Shown here: in pieces, positions 62,170-64,000 of the stretch
How positions within the stretch are numbered: the stretch's first letter is position 1
Layout of the letters: every line of letters begins with the position of its first letter
DNA from: Hormoscilla sp.
GTDB taxonomy: Bacteria > Cyanobacteriota > Cyanobacteriia > Cyanobacteriales > Desertifilaceae
Assembly (NCBI GenBank): GCA_051439505.1
Contig: JBFRWI010000217.1
Span: forward strand, 1 to 64,000
Length of the DNA: 64,000 bases
Direction: 5' to 3'
Translations under genes and position numbers: made by a program
The notes under the pieces: generated by a model
Told to the model about the DNA's origin: nothing
Database searches by the model: none
The model's input: the letters and a program-made list of their open reading frames with translations, nothing else

Positions 62170-62401
62170 TCTGGCCAGTTCCATCTCAATGCCAGCATCA
62201 AGAAACCCGGTGTTGACTCCATACCGGGTTTCTAGGCTATAATCGCGAACCATAAAGATAACGACTGATTCTTCGATAGCAGATGAATTTGTCAGACTCT
62301 ACCTGGGTAATTTTATCCAGAATCCGGAGATAGGTTCCAAGGGAACAGGAGCCAGCGATAATAGTTAGGGAAGTCGCGCTCTACTTTAATTACTGAAGGC
62401 T

Positions 62402-63505
62402 ATGCTGCAACGAATATATGTACACAACTTCAGATGTCTGGAAAACTTTGAACTGACTCTCAAGGATATGTCATCGGCGCTGTTAATCGGCAAAAATGGC
62501 ACGGGTAAATCAACCATTGCCAGTGCCTTAGAAGTGCTTCAGAGTATCGGTCGAGGCATAAATAGAGTTGGAGAACTCGTGCAATCAAAGGATTTCGCTC
62601 GTGGCAGAGATGATGTGCCGATCCGCTTGGAAATAGAAGTATTGCTTGATGAGAAATTATACAAATATGTCATTGCGTTTGAGTCACGTGAAAAATTGAG
62701 AGAACTGCGAGTTTGCGAAGAGCAACTTCTAGTTGAAGAAAATAAAATTTACTCTCGCAAAGAAGCTCAAGTTACTCTTCATAGGAGTTCGCGAAATCCT
62801 GAAGATCAGTTTCTGGTGGATTGGCATCTTGTGGCCCTAACAGTAATTCAAGAGCGATCCCAAACCGATCCACTTCATATTTTCAAGACTTGGCTGGCAC
62901 GCATGATTATTTTAGCGCCAATACCAAGCTTAATGACCGGAAATTCCCATGGCGAGACTTTGGAGCCAAAGGGAGATGGTTCCAACTTTGGGGAGTGGTT
63001 TGCTGGGTTACTCAGTCGCTATCCCGCTGCCTATACTCAGGTGGATGGATATCTCCGAGAAATTATGCCTGACATTAAAGATTTTCAGAATGAAATTATC
63101 GGCAAAGAATTCAAAAGCACGATCGTTAGTTTTGAAGAAAACAGTGCCAAGCTGAGCGTTTACTTTAAAGACTTATCTGATGGTAAAAAATGGTTTTTTC
63201 TCGGTGCTTTTGTCTTAGCTGCCAATAAATCATATGGACCGCTTTTTTGCTTTTGGGATGAGCCGGAAAACTATCTTTCCCTATCAGAGGTGGGACATTT
63301 TGTCATATCATTGCGACGCTCATTTAAGAATGGCGGACAAATTTTAGTGACATCTCATAATCCTGAAGCCATCCGAAAATTTTCAGATGAAAATACCTTC
63401 GTGCTTCATCGGAAAAGTCACTTAGAGCCAACTTTGCTCGAACTGCTCAGCGATATTTATATTAGAGGCAATCTTGTGGATGCCTTAATTCGTGGTGATG
63501 TATAA
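62402..63505 (+). CDS. ABC-fold (AAA_21-like) ATPase
   Basis: NFRC, GKNGTGKS, LSDG, FWDEPENYL, TSH. Confidence 0.88.
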   Translation: MLQRIYVHNFRCLENFELTLKDMSSALLIGKNGTGKSTIASALEVLQSIGRGINRVGELVQSKDFARGRDDVPIRLEIEVLLDEKLYKYVIAFESREKLRELRVCEEQLLVEENKIYSRKEAQVTLHRSSRNPEDQFLVDWHLVALTVIQERSQTDPLHIFKTWLARMIILAPIPSLMTGNSHGETLEPKGDGSNFGEWFAGLLSRYPAAYTQVDGYLREIMPDIKDFQNEIIGKEFKSTIVSFEENSAKLSVYFKDLSDGKKWFFLGAFVLAANKSYGPLFCFWDEPENYLSLSEVGHFVISLRRSFKNGGQILVTSHNPEAIRKFSDENTFVLHRKSHLEPTLLELLSDIYIRGNLVDALIRGDV

Positions 63506-63507
63506 TT

Positions 63508-63993
63508 ATGAGCATAAATAAGTATAGGCCGCAGCTGCTTGTGTTACCAGAGGATGATGCTAATCGTCAGATTGCCAACGGATTTATTCTCCATCCAAAC
63601 TTGAATAGCCGTGCTATTCAAGTCCTGCCCCCCTCTGGAGGCTGGAAAAAAGTTCTGGATGATTTCCAGAAGGTTCATGCCCTGGAAATGCAAAACATTC
63701 CCCATAGAATGATTCTTTTACTTATTGATTTCGATCGGGATGAAGATCGATTGAGTTATGTAGAGAGCAAAATTCCAGAAGAACTAAGAGATCGGGTATT
63801 CGTTCTCGGTGTTCTATCTGAACCAGAGAGTTTAAGGAGCGACATCCAAAGGAATTGGGAAGAAATTGGAGAAGCACTGGCAAAAGATTGTTCCGACAAT
63901 AGGAATGAATTATGGGGACACAATCTTCTCAAACACAACAGAACCACTTTAGATCGGATGATTTTATCTGTCAAACCATATCTGTTTAATTAA
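63508..63993 (+). CDS. Small partner of the ATPase with TOPRIM-like acidic motifs
   Basis: LLVLPEDD, GG, LLIDFD, EPE; starts 2 nt after the ATPase stop. Confidence 0.6.
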   Translation: MSINKYRPQLLVLPEDDANRQIANGFILHPNLNSRAIQVLPPSGGWKKVLDDFQKVHALEMQNIPHRMILLLIDFDRDEDRLSYVESKIPEELRDRVFVLGVLSEPESLRSDIQRNWEEIGEALAKDCSDNRNELWGHNLLKHNRTTLDRMILSVKPYLFN

Positions 63994-64000
63994 ATCATAG

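Overview
Cyanobacterial chromosomal segment, inferred from very frequent HIP1 (GCGATCGC), heptamer STRRs and cyanobacterial gene families. 1-5002 (minus) is a multi-PAS hybrid histidine kinase that runs off the window and is absent from the ORF track. 5.3-39.9 kb is a Wzy-dependent extracellular polysaccharide locus. wza, wzc and a probable outer-membrane protein face away from a long gene run: seven GT4 glycosyltransferases (one frameshifted in an A8 tract), an exostosin-like GT, four methyltransferases plus a relic, Wzx, Wzy, an AsnB-like amidotransferase, WecA, a UDP-HexNAc dehydrogenase and two epimerases. Two toxin-antitoxin pairs and an FG-GAP protein gene sit inside it. 40-64 kb mixes core genes (EamA, CrtH-like, priA, sigE-like sigma, GNAT, DXCF cyanobacteriochrome kinase, TrkA-type K+ channel, argD) with two accessory patches. 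The first (44.6-47.4 kb) holds xisH-xisI-xisI, two DUF29 genes and a broken hicBA. The second (51.6-56.2 kb) holds a broken vapBC, a truncated LRR-Roco gene, MITEs, a duplicated module with a 21-bp palindromic tandem array, a tumA/tumE-like pair and REP clusters. The window ends with an ABC-ATPase plus TOPRIM-like gene pair. I found no rRNA, tRNA or true CRISPR array. All calls are from motif reading only; no searches were run.
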